A stretch of DNA of 64,000 nucleotides, taken from Emiliania huxleyi CCMP1516. Lineage: Eukaryota. Each line of letters starts with the position of its first letter. Positions within the stretch are counted from its first letter, which is position 1. Of this stretch, positions 44,056 to 56,249 are shown one piece after another. Below the pieces are notes generated by a model. It ran no database searches. It was given only the letters and a program-made list of their open reading frames with translations, and was not told the origin of the DNA. A program made the translations under genes and the position numbers. The stretch is from the NCBI RefSeq assembly GCF_000372725.1, contig NW_005201223.1, forward strand, positions 3,858 to 67,857, read 5' to 3'.

Positions 44056-44673
44056 TCAGTCCGCCGCCGCCGCATCGTCATCGTCGTCGATGAGTATCAG
44101 GTCGCGCTTGAGCCGGACGCCACAACAAAGCCAGCAGAGGTACTTGAAGGGCACCTCCTCGCCGCCCGTCTTGCGCACGTACACCCGCCGCGGCACGACT
44201 GCCTGCAGCTTGTCCGTGTCCAGCACCTCGCGCGCAAAGCCGACGTGCAGCACCGAGATGGGCAGCAGCATGACGAACGGCTTGCCTGTCGAGGCTAGCG
44301 CGCGTAGCACCGCCTCCTTCATCTCTGGCGAGGTGTAGGGCGGGTTGTCGAGGATCAGATCAACCTTTTTGAGGAACTTTGGGTTGCGCACCTGCACGAA
44401 GAAGTCCTCCCGCTTGTGGTGCACGCGCGTGAAACCGAGCTCACGCAGGTGCTCGGCGCACGCTCCGTCGTAGTAGAAGGGCATCCAGATCCGCTTCTCG
44501 CGCGCTGCCGGACCGAGCACCTCAGCTATCGCCGCCCAAGATCTCCGAGCGGTCTGCCAATCGTCGGACGCGCCAGCGCCACCGCCGAGCCGGCCCGAGG
44601 TGGTGGCCACGGGAGGGCCTCGCGTACTGCTGCCACCGGCGTCGTCTGGATCGCGACGTCGTTTCTTCGCCAT
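44056..44673 (-). CDS. N6-adenine methyltransferase-like protein (NPPY), intronless, with NLS
   Basis: MAKKRRR; DDWQT; IWMPFYYDG (motif I-like); DFF; ILDNPPY; KPFVMLLP. Confidence 0.8.
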   Translation of the reverse strand: MAKKRRRDPDDAGGSSTRGPPVATTSGRLGGGAGASDDWQTARRSWAAIAEVLGPAAREKRIWMPFYYDGACAEHLRELGFTRVHHKREDFFVQVRNPKFLKKVDLILDNPPYTSPEMKEAVLRALASTGKPFVMLLPISVLHVGFAREVLDTDKLQAVVPRRVYVRKTGGEEVPFKYLCWLCCGVRLKRDLILIDDDDDAAAAD

Positions 44674-45480
44674 TGTAGCTCTGACAACGAGGGAGCAGAG
44701 CAGGGGTGGCTCGCCAGGCACGAGGGAGCGCGCACCCACCGGGCCCGGGAAGGGTGGGGGGGGGGGACTTCGTGCTCAGTCGTGCTCGAGCGTTGTTCGC
44801 TTTGCTGCGCCTGGGGTCGGTAGGCAGGTAGGTACGTGAATGGAGACCGAGGGCACCGCACACAGCGGCAACAGTCAGAAGACCCCCCCTAGATCCGGCT
44901 AGTCGCAGACAAGAAGAAAACTTGGCGCCATGCCTGTGCAGTCCGTGTGTAACAGTGTAAGCCCTGGTGTATGGACCGGTATGTACGTGTACGTACTTTT
45001 CAGTGTATGTAGCTCTTACGTACATTCCCGGAGGAGGACTGCTGCTTTTAGCTTATTACTGGGAGAAAAGGGAGAGGGTCTCTCTCTCTACGTGTATGTA
45101 TGCATCGAGGGCAAGAACAGCCAGGCTCGGACTGGACACCAACATACCGACGCGGTCCCTTTCTCCTGTGGAGGCTCCCCTCGGAGGGCGCCTCAACTTG
45201 AGTAGCGTCCTGGGTGGGTGGAGGTCCTCGGCGGGCGCTGTGAGTTTCGCCGATATCGCGCAGCAAAACGAGGTTGATCGGTGGGCGTCAGCGACGCACG
45301 CCTCGCAGCACACCAGCGCCCCTGCCGCGCCACATGCCCCTACCTGCTCCACGCAGTCCAATCCTCCCGATGGATTGCCACGCCCGCCCCGGCATTCCCG
45401 CACGCTCTCCGCGCCGCGAGCGGAGCGCCGCTCGCCAGCCTGCCCACGCCGCAACGCCCCCCACGCGCCGCTGCACAGAT

Positions 45481-45828
45481 ATGAAGCTGCTCGTTCGGCT
45501 CGTTCCCTTTGCGCTCATTGGCGTCGTCAGCGCCTTTGCAACGGGCATGGAGTGCATCGACACTCCCCCGGCGACGGTTAAGGGCGCAGCTTCCCTGCTG
45601 GAACTGGGTGGTGTGGAAAGCTGCGAAGGTTTGGCCAATATTGGCTACTGCTCCCACGCGGAGGCGAAAGAGTACTGCTGCGAGACCTGCAAGGATGCTG
45701 AGCCAGTAAGAGGGGTGAGAGGTGCCGGGACCCTTTCCGCCATTTGGGGCTGGGCCCACGCCTTCATTGGCATGGCCATCGCTTGCTTTGGCGGCCACAG
45801 CGGCGCCTGCAGCGTGTTCCTCGGCTGA
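45481..45828 (+). CDS. Small secreted Cys-rich protein (PLAC/ShKT-like 6-Cys module plus C-terminal peptide), 115 aa
   Basis: Signal peptide MKLLVRLVPFALIGVVSA; CID...SC...YC...YCCETC. Confidence 0.7.
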   Translation: MKLLVRLVPFALIGVVSAFATGMECIDTPPATVKGAASLLELGGVESCEGLANIGYCSHAEAKEYCCETCKDAEPVRGVRGAGTLSAIWGWAHAFIGMAIACFGGHSGACSVFLG

Positions 45829-46652
45829 TGGCGGAAAGGGTCCCGTCACCCAGGACCTGCTTCTGCGACCACAGTGGGTGGCTACTGAACAGAGGGCGGC
45901 TGTGTGCGGTGAATCCAAAACCGCTCTCACATGTCTGACAGCTGGGGCAGCAGCGTCAGGGTCGCAGGGCCGGATCATGTCAAGCCTCTTGCCCGGCCGG
46001 CCGCGTGCACAACGTCGGTCTGTTTGCTGTCTGGAGCCATCGGTCGGCGGTCAGCACGACCGATCAGGTTGCCGTCCAGTTTTCTTATGGTTAGAGGGTC
46101 TATCTGTGTACTCCTCCGAGATCTTTCCAAATCTGCGCCTCTGACATAAGAGACACGGGTTCGTATACTTAGATCGGGAAGTCGGTGCTAGTGCCTAGTG
46201 GAGACTAGTGGGAGCCGGGGCCCCGTTTCCGCACTGCGGCGCGGCGCACGGACCACGGTGTGGGCCGGGGGCGGCCCCCGCCTCCCCCCAGGCCGGCCAG
46301 GGGTGTGCCGCGGAGCGGCACACTGAGGGAGCGGTCGGTCAGCGGCTGTCCTCGGCGCAGCTGATAATCGGCTCCCGCTGGCCTGGGTGCGGTGGCAGTT
46401 GCACTCCCTGAGTCCAATATTCTTTCTGGTATTTGTTGAGCCCCCCGCTTTTCTCGCCGCACGGCTTTCTTCCCCCCCCAAAACTGCCCCAAACCGCGCG
46501 ATTCGATCAAACGTAAATTGCCGCCGATTTGTGCTTTTATCTCTCACCCCACACCGCACACGTCCACACGCTCAGCACAATCGTACGAGCCCCGCCCGTT
46601 CTCCCAGCATCAGAGCTGCCGGTCGGTACCGTTCGTATCGCCAGGAGCCAGC

Positions 46653-48362
46653 ATGAATCTGTTGCTTTCTATGGCGGATCAACTCCGGTTTGACGCGCTC
46701 TCGCCGGTTACGCCCGCCCTGCACACGCCAGGCTTTGCCGCCCTGGCACGGGAGGGTGTGCTCTTCTCCCGCGCCTACTCCTCCACCCCGACCTGCGCGC
46801 CCGCGCGCGCCGCACTTCTCACGGGCCGCTCGCCCTGGGGGCATGGGCTGCTCGGAGTGGGCCCGATCGCTCTTTCATACCCGTGGGAGTTTCCACGCAC
46901 GCTCGCGTCGGTGGGCTACCAGGCAGCGGTGGTTGGCAAGAACAACTTTGGCTGGAACCTGTCCGCAGGGCTCGAGGGTGGCCGGGAGCACAGTCACAGC
47001 TATCAAAGCTGGCAGATCTACGACGGCAAAACGGGCCAGCACGACCAGTACCGCGAGTATTTTGCTGAGCAAGTGGGGTACCGCCGCGACATGGCCAATG
47101 GCTCGACACCTGCAAACGTTTGCTGGCCGACTCTGGATATGAACTCGTGGCGCGGGGCGGCGTTTGCGTGCGACGAGGAGCTGCATCCGACGGCGTGGGC
47201 GGGCCGCAAGGCGGTTGCCTTCCTCCGCGCCCATCGAGACGCGGGGCGCCTAGGTCGGCCGCCCTTCCTCCTCAAGCTCTCCTTTCACCGGCCCCACTCG
47301 CCGTACGACCCGCCGCAGCGGCTGCTCGACGCGGTGCAGTACGATGCCATCCCACCTCCGGCGCGCAGCGTTGATGGGTGGTCGGCGCACTTTGCCACCT
47401 GCGACCAGCGTGGGACCGCGCACAAACCCTTTCCCGACTCGTGGTGCGGCGAGATGCCGGCCGAGGAGGAGCGGCTCGCGCGCCGCGCGTACCACGCGAG
47501 CGTGCGTTTTGTCGACGAGAAGATAAGCGCGGTGCACGAGGTTTTGCGCACTACGGGGCTGCTCGAGCGAACGTTGTGGCTCTTCCTCTCAGACCACGGC
47601 GACGGTCAGGGCGACCATTTCCATTGGCGAAAGGGATACCCTTACGAGTTTTCTGCGCACATCCCGATGCTCCTCCGCTGGCCCGAGGCGTGGCCACCCT
47701 CCCTCCCTCCCGTGCGCATTCCGCGCGGCAGCACGCTCGATGCGGTTGTTGAGCTTCGAGACGTCGCTCCCACGCTTGTCCACGCCGCGGGCATTCTTCC
47801 AGAGGCAATCGGGCCGGCTGGCATCGAAGGCAGCTCGCTGCTCTGCCTGCTGAGCGGAAATAGCACCAATGCTCCGCCCGTCAGCGGTGGCGGTTGGTGT
47901 GCAGCTGCGTGGCGCGCCTCGCTCACCCTGGAGCACTCCACGTGCAACCATAAAAGCAATCATTGGTCATGATTAGATTGCGATGAGATCACGATCGCGC
48001 CGAGATTGCAGCGAGCTCAACCAGAGAGGGGTTGCCAAGAAATGAACTCGTGGCGAGCCCTAGTTAGCTCTGTCGATAGGAGTGCGGTCGTCGACGGCGA
48101 GTCGCTTCTCAAGTACGTCTTCAACGCCCAAGATGGCAGTGAGGAGCTGTTTGACTTGCGCGCGGATCCAAAGGAGACGATAAACCTCGCGACCAAACCC
48201 GCGCATTCGCGGAGCGTTGCGCGGCTACGGGCGGCGCTCGTCAAGCAGTATCAGAGGGAGGGACGCGGCGAGGGCTGGGTCCAAATGGGCAAACTGGTGT
48301 GGCCCCGCCGCCGCCAGGCCACCGGGCAAAACTACCCGAGCCAGTCGCGGACCCGAAGATAA
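46653..48362 (+). CDS. Arylsulfatase/sulfatase (formylglycine-dependent), with an intron near 47965-48060
   Basis: MADQLRFD; CAPARAALLTG (CxPxR); GK; RPHSPYDPP; SDHGD..GDH; ELFDLRADPKETINLA. Confidence 0.92.
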
Positions 48363-50059
48363 GGCCTCGGGGTTTCTTTTTTCCCGGAAAACACGGAAGA
48401 CTACATTGTTTTGTGGTAGGTAATTCCTTTTGGGGTTAGGGACGAAGGCGAAGGACCGATTGCGGTGTGAAGGACCGCAGATTATAGGGACCGATGTGGT
48501 GTTAGCTACGAGAGAGAGAGAATTCTTGATACGAAACCACGACGACACACACCAGTCGACTCGCATCGGTTGCCTCCATGAACGGCGGAGCTATTCTCGC
48601 GCCCACACCACACCTGGCTCCAACGTGGACACGCCCATAGCTGGGGACACTACTAGGTCACGCATGGCATCACAGAAGTTTTATCTCTGGGCCCCGAAAG
48701 CCATCTCTAGCAGCGTCGTTACGCATGCGCCCTCCCCTCCTGGGCGCATTCGCCTCACGTCTCGCCAGAGCATAAGCCCTTGGCGTGTGGCGAGACGAGT
48801 TTTTCGCCATCGCAGCGAGCAGCAAGCCGCCCGCCGCAAACAGCCGGAGGCCTCGCCGCGGCACTGACTGCGCCGCGATCCCGCACCCGTCGACGCAGCT
48901 CCCCCCGCGGAAGACCGCGCGTAGCGACGTCTTGACGATCGAGATGAGCGCGCTCGAGGCTCGCCCACCTACTGCCCCTAAGAGTTGGTTATGAGTGGGC
49001 TCGGCTCCCCCCCTTGGGATCGAAGCTTCCACGACCTCACACCCAACAGCACAGGCGGGATCAGAAGGGGACTCCACACCGGACACCGCCCGGGCACAGC
49101 CCCCCTACCCGTCGGATCGCACAGAGGGCCCCCTCGGAGCAGCCCACACACAATCACGCATCGGCAGAGTTAGTGCCTGAGTCAGGCAGACAGCACAGAC
49201 AAGGAGAGGAGAGAGAGAGAGGAGAGAGAGAGAGAGGAGAGAGGAGAGGGTGAGGGAGTGTGTACACGTGAGGAGTGGGGAGGGTGTCTGTGGTGGGTTG
49301 TAGTCCTACTACGTGGTTAAAACCACGCGCCCCTCAGGAGCTTAAGGTAGAGCTGAGCGTCCAAGACGCCTCGGTGCCACCCACCGGGTGAGACCATCCG
49401 GATCAATCGAGCCCGCCTCCGGCGGGCCGTCCCCGCGATGGCCCACGGTCCGCCGTCGCCTGGTTGAACCCCCTGCCTCCCGGTTGACCCCCCGGTCCCC
49501 GTACTCGACCATGAAATAAACTCAAAGTCCACCACAGCCACCAGCCTCCACCTCCACCGTCGAGCCGCGATCGCTGCCGCCCGCGACGCCGCCCGCCGCG
49601 TCAGATCGCCGCGACGCGCGCACCGAGTCGAGTCGGAGAGCCGCACCGCATCAGCACCAGCATCTGCACCACCAGCAGCAGCAGCAGCACCACCACCACC
49701 ACCCGAGAGAGAAGCGCACCTGCCCGACGCCGCCCGCCGCGTCAGACGCTCGCGACGCGCGCGTCGAGCCCAGTCGCACAGCCGCGCCGCGCCAACAGCA
49801 GCATCGGCACCAGCAGCAGCAGCACCACCACCACCATCAGCAACAGAGACAGGCAGTGCAGGCGCAGAGGCGCTCGCAGAGCGGCGCTCAGCGCCGCGCA
49901 CGCCACGCTGCGGACCGTCGGACGAGCGCACCGTACGTCGGCGGCGAGCCGCGTCGCCAGCCGTCTCGCGAGAGAGCGGCGCCGCCGCGTGCACGCAGCA
50001 GCCGCCGCGGCAGAGGCGAGCCGCGGCGACGTCCGCACTAACGGATAACGGCCATTGGC

Positions 50060-50063
<4 letters not shown>

Positions 50064-50100
<37 letters not shown>
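50064..50100. repeat. (CT)n microsatellite
   Basis: Direct reading; a similar tract lies at 63602-63633. Confidence 0.9.
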
Positions 50101-50103
<3 letters not shown>

Positions 50104-50131
50104 AGCTACGCCACCGTCTACCGCGTGCGAC

Positions 50132-51136
50132 ATGCGGTCGCCGGCATCGAGCGAGCAACGTGTTCGACAGAGCGGCTTGCTGTGCGGACGGGCTTCTTGT
50201 GGCTCTCGTCGAGAGCGTTTTGCGTCCCGGCGGGTGGGAGAGCATGTGTCGTATGATGTGTCACTGTGTGCGCGTCATTTCAGTCTTGATAATAAGCACG
50301 GTCGATCCGTCAAAGGACAAAGCGATACACTCATTCCTATCACGCTGGAGGGCTGGCACGGAGCTCTGTGCCGGCACACAGGAAGAGCCGTGCTGCTAGA
50401 GGAGCTCGATGGGGAGCGAGAGGAACCGCCAAAGGTGCTCACGGAGGTTTCGAACTCCGCCATGACTCCGCTCGCCATAAATTCTTTTTATTTCGGTTGC
50501 TCGCGGTTTGCTGGGTGGCAGTCCAGCTCCTACAAGCGTGGGGCATCACACACGCGCGTCACGATTGTCGTGCGGGCCCTCGCTTGCCCCGCTTGCAAAA
50601 TGGTGCGTCGGACGATCAAGCACAATCCCGCCTTTGGCGTCGAGTGCGACTGCTGTCCGCCAGGCGGACTGTCCTTTCTCCCCGCACACGCAAAGCTGCA
50701 GAACCAGGTTATCCCAGCACGGCTGGCGCCGGCGCAGCGCGTCGCATTCCTCATGGGAGCCTCGAACACGTCGGCGCCGCGCCTGGCGGAGGAATGCGTG
50801 CGGCCACTGCGGTGCCTCCCTCTCGAGGCGATCCGGCGCATTTTTGAGCTCTGCGAGGAGAGGAGAGCATTGCCGCTCGCGCGGCGGCCGCCGCCGAGGC
50901 TAAAGCCTGCTGCGCCGCGGCACGGCGGCCTCGGGCCACGGAATCCACGCGACCCACTCGTCGCCGACGACATCGGGCTCGGTGCGCGCGCACTCGCACA
51001 AACAACCGCACACCCAGCACACGCGTGCCCCCGGCCCCAGAAGGTTGTGAGTTCTTCTCTCCAACACTCTGCCCATTACAATCGTTGTCTCCCCGGACAC
51101 GCAGGCGCTCTGTCATTACAGTGCGGGCCGTGCTGA
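50132..51136 (+). CDS. Hypothetical protein with CxxC motifs and a possible C-terminal F-box-like segment
   Basis: 334-aa ORF; CPAC, CDCC; RVAFLMG...LRCLPLEAIRRIFELC. Confidence 0.4.
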   Translation: MRSPASSEQRVRQSGLLCGRASCGSRRERFASRRVGEHVSYDVSLCARHFSLDNKHGRSVKGQSDTLIPITLEGWHGALCRHTGRAVLLEELDGEREEPPKVLTEVSNSAMTPLAINSFYFGCSRFAGWQSSSYKRGASHTRVTIVVRALACPACKMVRRTIKHNPAFGVECDCCPPGGLSFLPAHAKLQNQVIPARLAPAQRVAFLMGASNTSAPRLAEECVRPLRCLPLEAIRRIFELCEERRALPLARRPPPRLKPAAPRHGGLGPRNPRDPLVADDIGLGARALAQTTAHPAHACPRPQKVVSSSLQHSAHYNRCLPGHAGALSLQCGPC

Positions 51137-51931
51137 GTATCTTGGACGCGCTTGCTGCATTGTCCGGCACGGCGGCCGCGCTCACCGGAACCATAGAGCA
51201 CCGGACACGTGCCGCCCCGCGCAATGTACGCGCACGTCAGTCATGTACCTCTGCGTCCTCGGGGAATTGCAGACAACCGCGTGATCGTGTGGAAATAAAT
51301 AGACGCAAAAAAGAAGCCCGCGGCGCGGCCGGCACCCTCCAACGTGTGCCCCGCGCGAGAAAACGACTCATCCCCGCGCCGTGTAGGACCCGCGGTCACA
51401 TCGCGTGGCGTCATCGGACATATATCGCGCGGCAAGGGGGCTAGAGCCAATAGGGGAAGGCAGGCCGGCGCCAACCCACGACTCGAGCGGCTCCCCGGCG
51501 CACACAGTCCACGCTCCTCGCCGGTGCCCACGGCGCGGGGCCTTCACTCCTCGGCGTGTCCTCTCAGTGGAAGAGGCCCGAGGCCGTCTCGCCGCCGTGC
51601 GGTGGCAGGAGGGGCGTCGCATTGAAGGCGGCGGCGTGCCACGGCACAAAGACCTGTTTGGGAGGGCGAGGTGGAAAGAGGAGAGGGTGGAAGAGGAGTG
51701 GTGGGAAGAGGCGGGGTGGGAAGAGGCGGGGTGGGAAGGGGGAGGGGGGGGGGAGGGGGGGGGGAGCGACCTGCTCCATCCATGGACGCTTCGCGGGCGG
51801 GACAAACGAGAAGAAGTTTGCCTGCCGGCGAGGCCAGAGGGCATAGGGCGGGGCGCGAAATTGGGGGGGAGGGGTGCGGGTACCCCCGCAGCCCCGGAAA
51901 AAAGGTCCCAAAAAATGAGGAAAGGACGTAG

Positions 51932-54504
51932 CTAGCGGCGGCTCAACCCCGCCTTGGTGACGCGGCGCGACCCCCCCTTCTCCGCAGCCTTGCGCGCCAC
52001 GTCGGGCCGCTGCCGCGCCGACGCCTCGTGGGGGGGGGGGGGGGGCGGCCACGCGTGACACGCGCCTCTTCGCACCTCTGCCCGTGAGTCAACCCGCGGA
52101 TGAGCGCGGCGCCTCGTTGAGCACGCCAGCCAAGTACGCGTACACACGCCCACTAACTACTTCGAGCTAGTCAACTCCTTCCTCAACCTCGTTGAGCACG
52201 CCAGCGAGGTACGAGTACACGCGCGGCAGCGACAGCTCCGCGGCCAGCTGCTGCCCGCGCGCCGCGAGGCACTCGCCTCGCTCCGGCGCCGCCTCGAGCC
52301 CATGGAGCGCCACCTGCGTCCCAACCGCAAACTGCAGCTTAACAACTCAGCGCTGCCACCGAACGCCGCTCGCCCCTCAGCGCCGCCTGCAGCCGCTCGC
52401 ACACGTTGCTCGCCGTCGCAGGCACGAAGAGGAACGTCTCGCCCTCGAGGAGCAGAGGGCCTACGCCCCTCGGCTGACATCTCGCGCACATCTCAGCGAA
52501 CCTCCCCTCCCCCCCCCCCCCCCCGAAACAGGGAGCGCAGCGCGCCCGAGAAGTCAAAGTGCTCAAACGCGTGCGGCGGCTGCACGCCGCCCGACGGCGC
52601 AGCACCAGCAGCGCCGGCAGCGCCAGAGGGCCTCCGGCGGGGCATCCGGCCGAGGAAGATGTTGACGGAGCCGCAAGCGAGCTGGTGCTTGAAGTGCTCG
52701 AGCCTGGGGGTCCGGGTGGAAGTTGGAAGGGGGGTGGGGGGGGGGGGGGGGTTGAGGGTGGCGGCGGCAGCCTCGAGGGGGCGCTGAGTGGATGGTGGAT
52801 ACAGTCTCGGGTGCTCTGGCGCTGTCACCAGTCGGAGATGCCGGGCAAATGGAGGATGTACTTGTAGCGGCACTGCTCCTCGAGCGGCGTCCACCCTCGC
52901 GGCTTGATGGAGCACGGCTCGCGCCACTTGCCTGCCTCCGCGCCGCCGGCTGGTGAGGAGAGGCCGGCTGCAGCGTGACGGAGAGAGCACGAGACTCGTG
53001 GGATGGCACAGATACTACTACCAAGTGCTGCTGCCAAGTGCTGCTGCCAAGTGCTGCTGCCAAGTGCTGCTGCCAAGTGCTGCTGCCAAGTGCTGCTGCC
53101 AAGTGCTGCTGCCAAGTGCTGCTGCCAAGTGCTGCTGCCAAGTGCTGCTGCCAAGTGCTGCTGCCAAGTGCTGCTGCCAAGTGCTGCTGCCAAGTGCTGC
53201 TGCCAAGTGCTGCTGCCAAGTGCTGCTGCCAAGTGCTGCTGCCAATGCTGCTGCCAAATGCTGCTGCCAAGTGCTGCTGCCAAGTGCTGCTGCCAAGTGC
53301 TGCTGCCAAGTGCTGCTGCCAAGTGCTGCTGCCAAGTGCTGCTGCCAAGTGCTGCTGCCAAGTGCTGCTGCCAAGTGCTGCTGCCAAGTGCTGCTGCCAA
53401 GTGCTGCTGCCAAGTGCTGCTGCCAAGTGCTGCTGCCAAGTGCTGCTGCCAAGTGCTGCTGCCAAGTGCTGCTGCCAAGTGCTGCTGCCAAGTGCTGCTG
53501 CCAAGTGCTGCTGCCAAGTGCTGCTGCCAAGTGCCGACTCATGGGTGGACGGGTGCCTCGAGCCTGCGAGAGTCGCGCCCGCGCCGGGCGGGCAGCGCCA
53601 CGCCAAGTCGTGCATCTCCTCCTTGTCAGGCATCCGGTGCACAAGCCGGTGGCCAAAGGTTCGCGCCGCGCAGTGCTGGAAAGCCTCGCGCAGCGGGTTC
53701 GTCGGAGAGCCCACCCAGATCATCTCGTCGCGCTTCGCAGCTAGCCCGACGCCGCCACCGCCCGCACCGCCCACACCACCGCCCGCCGCGCCGCCGCCGC
53801 CCGCGTCGCCGCCCGCGCCGCCGCCCGCGCCGCCGCCGACCGTCGAAGCGAGCCAGGCCTCCCAGGGCGGGATCTGCGCGTAGGGCAGGCCCCAGAAGGT
53901 GTAGTCGGGCAGCGGGATGTCGGCGTGCGCCGCGCTCGTGGTGTACGAGAAGGCGAGGGGCGGGCCGTGGTCGGTGCGGCCGCCGAGCCGCTGGCTCAGC
54001 GGGGTGCCCGGCTTGTCTCTGCAGTTGACCGGGATGTCCACGTCGGCGACCGGGTGCCTCTCGAGCGTCTCGAGCAGTGCCCACGCGAGGATGGGCGACC
54101 GCCGGAGGACGCAGCCAAAGGTGTTGTGCTTTAGGTCCGGGTAGTAGAGCGCGCCGCCCACGACCTGGAAGCGCGTGCGGCCCCAGCTGACGAGCGAGTC
54201 GTACGTCTCCTGCATGTGCCGAGCGCTGACCGAGCGGTGTGGCCAGTGGCGGAGGAAGTGGCCCGGGAGCTCGCTGATGCTGTCGCGCGTGCGGGACCGA
54301 TTGAGCGGCTCGCAGCCGTTTGCCGCCGTGGGCTCGGACCGCCGCAGCCGCTTCTTCCACCGACCGCGCCGCTTGGCGGGCATGCTGTAGGCGCGATAAA
54401 AAGAATTCGAGGTGGTTCGTTGGGGCGCCCAAAAGTTGCCACGCGACCGAGGAAGAAGTGACAAGGGAAAGAATGACGAGAGTGGGACGACCGCGAGGTG
54501 GCAT
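51932..54504 (-). CDS. Glycosyltransferase family 90 (CAP10/KDELC/POGLUT-like), multi-exon; ends approximate
   Basis: DVDIPVNCRDKP; FSY...HADIPLPDYTFWG; WVGSPTNPLR; LEEQCRYKYILHLPG; KHQLACGS; VYSYLAGVLNE. Confidence 0.82.
53021..53533. repeat. 13-bp minisatellite (CCAAGTGCTGCTG) x ~39, intronic in GT90
   Basis: Near-perfect array with two variant units near 53242-53265. Confidence 0.97.
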
Positions 54505-55169
54505 GAAGGTTGCAGCGAGAATCGGAGAGAGACTGCGAAGAGAGATAGGAAGAGGCTGGGAAGAGGCGGACGCCCAAGGGTGGGCGGCGGCTAGCGCATC
54601 ACACCCCTCTCCTTAAAACCCCCTGTGTGGTGGCGGCGTGCCGTCCTCCCATCCCTCCCTTGGGGTGTCTGTTTTCTTTCTTTTCAAAAGTTGCCACGAG
54701 AAAAACCCCTCGAAACGGCTGACACCAAGCCATCCCTCGTTTGGGTTGTCTGTTTTCTGTCTTTCTTTCTTTTCCCATGCTAAGAAAAGGAACGGCGCCA
54801 GCCGCCACATCCTTCGACCAGCCTCTAGCTACAAGTAGGTAGGGGAGGAGGGGAGGCGACATGGTCGCGGACAACCGCTGTAAATGCGCCTCTTGCCACT
54901 CTCGGATCTGCTGATCGTTCTTCCACGATCCTTCCTCTGGGGACTCTGTCCTTCTCCCACCCTCGCGGTGTGCTGCTTTTGGCTAAAAAAATCTTTTGCG
55001 GGGTCGCCCGCCGTGACAACTTAGTTCCCGCGACGGCCAGTTCCCCCCTCACTAGTGGTCGCTTTGCCACCACAGGTATGGCAGTGGGCCTCTCGAGACC
55101 ACCGTCGTCGAAATTCATTGTGGCCGTCGCGCTGACGCTCTGCACCCTCCCCTTCAAGAAACCGAGTAC

Positions 55170-56249
55170 ATGCTGCTCCTCCGTCGTTGCCGAGGCCTCG
55201 CCTCACTAGCGCCAACCGTGCGCTTGCTTCACCGCCACCGGCAAGGCGATTGCCAAAAGCCGACGTCTCCGGCATGGACTGCGTGTGTTGCGGCTACGGT
55301 TCTGGGCAGCGTCGTTGGCGGATGTGCCGCCTTTGGACTCGTGGGCGGCGGCTGGCTCGAAGAGAGGTTTGGCCGCTGCCGCAACGCAGAGCCGCCGCCA
55401 GTGGCGCTAAGCCTCGAGCGCTTCGGCGAACGACCGATCGAATGGCAATTCTGTCTGGGTCTGTACCGCCTGGAGCAGCGCGAGGTCAACGGGCAGCCGT
55501 GCTGGCGGCACATTGAGGAGCCGCGCCTGTCCCTCTCTCGAGCTCCGTATGGGAACGGCTGGTTTTGTCAACTTCACGACGAGCTGGGCAGGTCGCGTGG
55601 CATTTTGCGCCTTCGCGAGAACAAGTCGTCGCCTGCTGGCAGCTGTGCCGCACAGTGGGAGCAGGACTTGGGCGGCGAAGTGGGGTGGGTGCCGGCGGAC
55701 GTGCATTGTGTTTCGCTCGACGAGGGCGAGTTTGGGGCTGCCAAGGAGCGTGCGAGTCACGAGCGAGAATCGGCACGTCGATTGGCCCCGGCCGGCCTCA
55801 GGCTGGAAGGCGCATGCAAGCAAACCCTCGCGCTGGGTGTGTACGAGAAGTCCAGCCAGCGGACGGTGTGCGGCAGGGCGGCGTGGCAGCACACGGAGCG
55901 ACCCACGCTATGGCTGGCTTACACCGGCCTCGGCTCTTGGAACGTGCAAACCGAAGATGTGCTCGGCCAGCCGAAGGGCTTGCTTCTTTTGCGAGACGCA
56001 CGGTGCGCAGACCCGTCAGAGAGCTGGCGCGCCTGGCAGTACCCCAAGGTTCTACCAAGTCCAAAGAGATCGCCGGTATTATTCGCATCAGTGCTAGCAA
56101 GTCTCGCTGGGAGGAGGTCCCCGACACGCGTTGCGTGGAGTTGGCCGCTCAAGAACTGGCAATGGTCAAGGCGGAACAGGCCGCTGCCACCGCTAGGACA
56201 ACCGCAAGAGCCAAACGCGCCCTCAATACAAACTCGCCTCGCTAGATAG
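55170..56249 (+). CDS. Hypothetical protein with a mitochondrial-type presequence, one TM segment and two copies of an unnamed domain
   Basis: MLLLRRCRGLASLA; LGLYRL...VNGQPCWRH...W...LG...G.L.LR repeated as LGVYEK...VCGRAAWQH...W...LG...GLLLLR. Confidence 0.6.
   Translation: MLLLRRCRGLASLAPTVRLLHRHRQGDCQKPTSPAWTACVAATVLGSVVGGCAAFGLVGGGWLEERFGRCRNAEPPPVALSLERFGERPIEWQFCLGLYRLEQREVNGQPCWRHIEEPRLSLSRAPYGNGWFCQLHDELGRSRGILRLRENKSSPAGSCAAQWEQDLGGEVGWVPADVHCVSLDEGEFGAAKERASHERESARRLAPAGLRLEGACKQTLALGVYEKSSQRTVCGRAAWQHTERPTLWLAYTGLGSWNVQTEDVLGQPKGLLLLRDARCADPSESWRAWQYPKVLPSPKRSPVLFASVLASLAGRRSPTRVAWSWPLKNWQWSRRNRPLPPLGQPQEPNAPSIQTRLAR

Noticed and set aside
49560..49870. Duplicated ~140-bp segment with CAG/CAC triplets and a 225-aa antisense ORF
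   Set aside because: Low-complexity local duplication; no recognisable product.
52953..54028. ORFs of LLPSAAAKCCCQV or QQHLAAALGSSTW repeats
   Set aside because: Translations of a stop-free 13-bp minisatellite lying in a GT90 intron.
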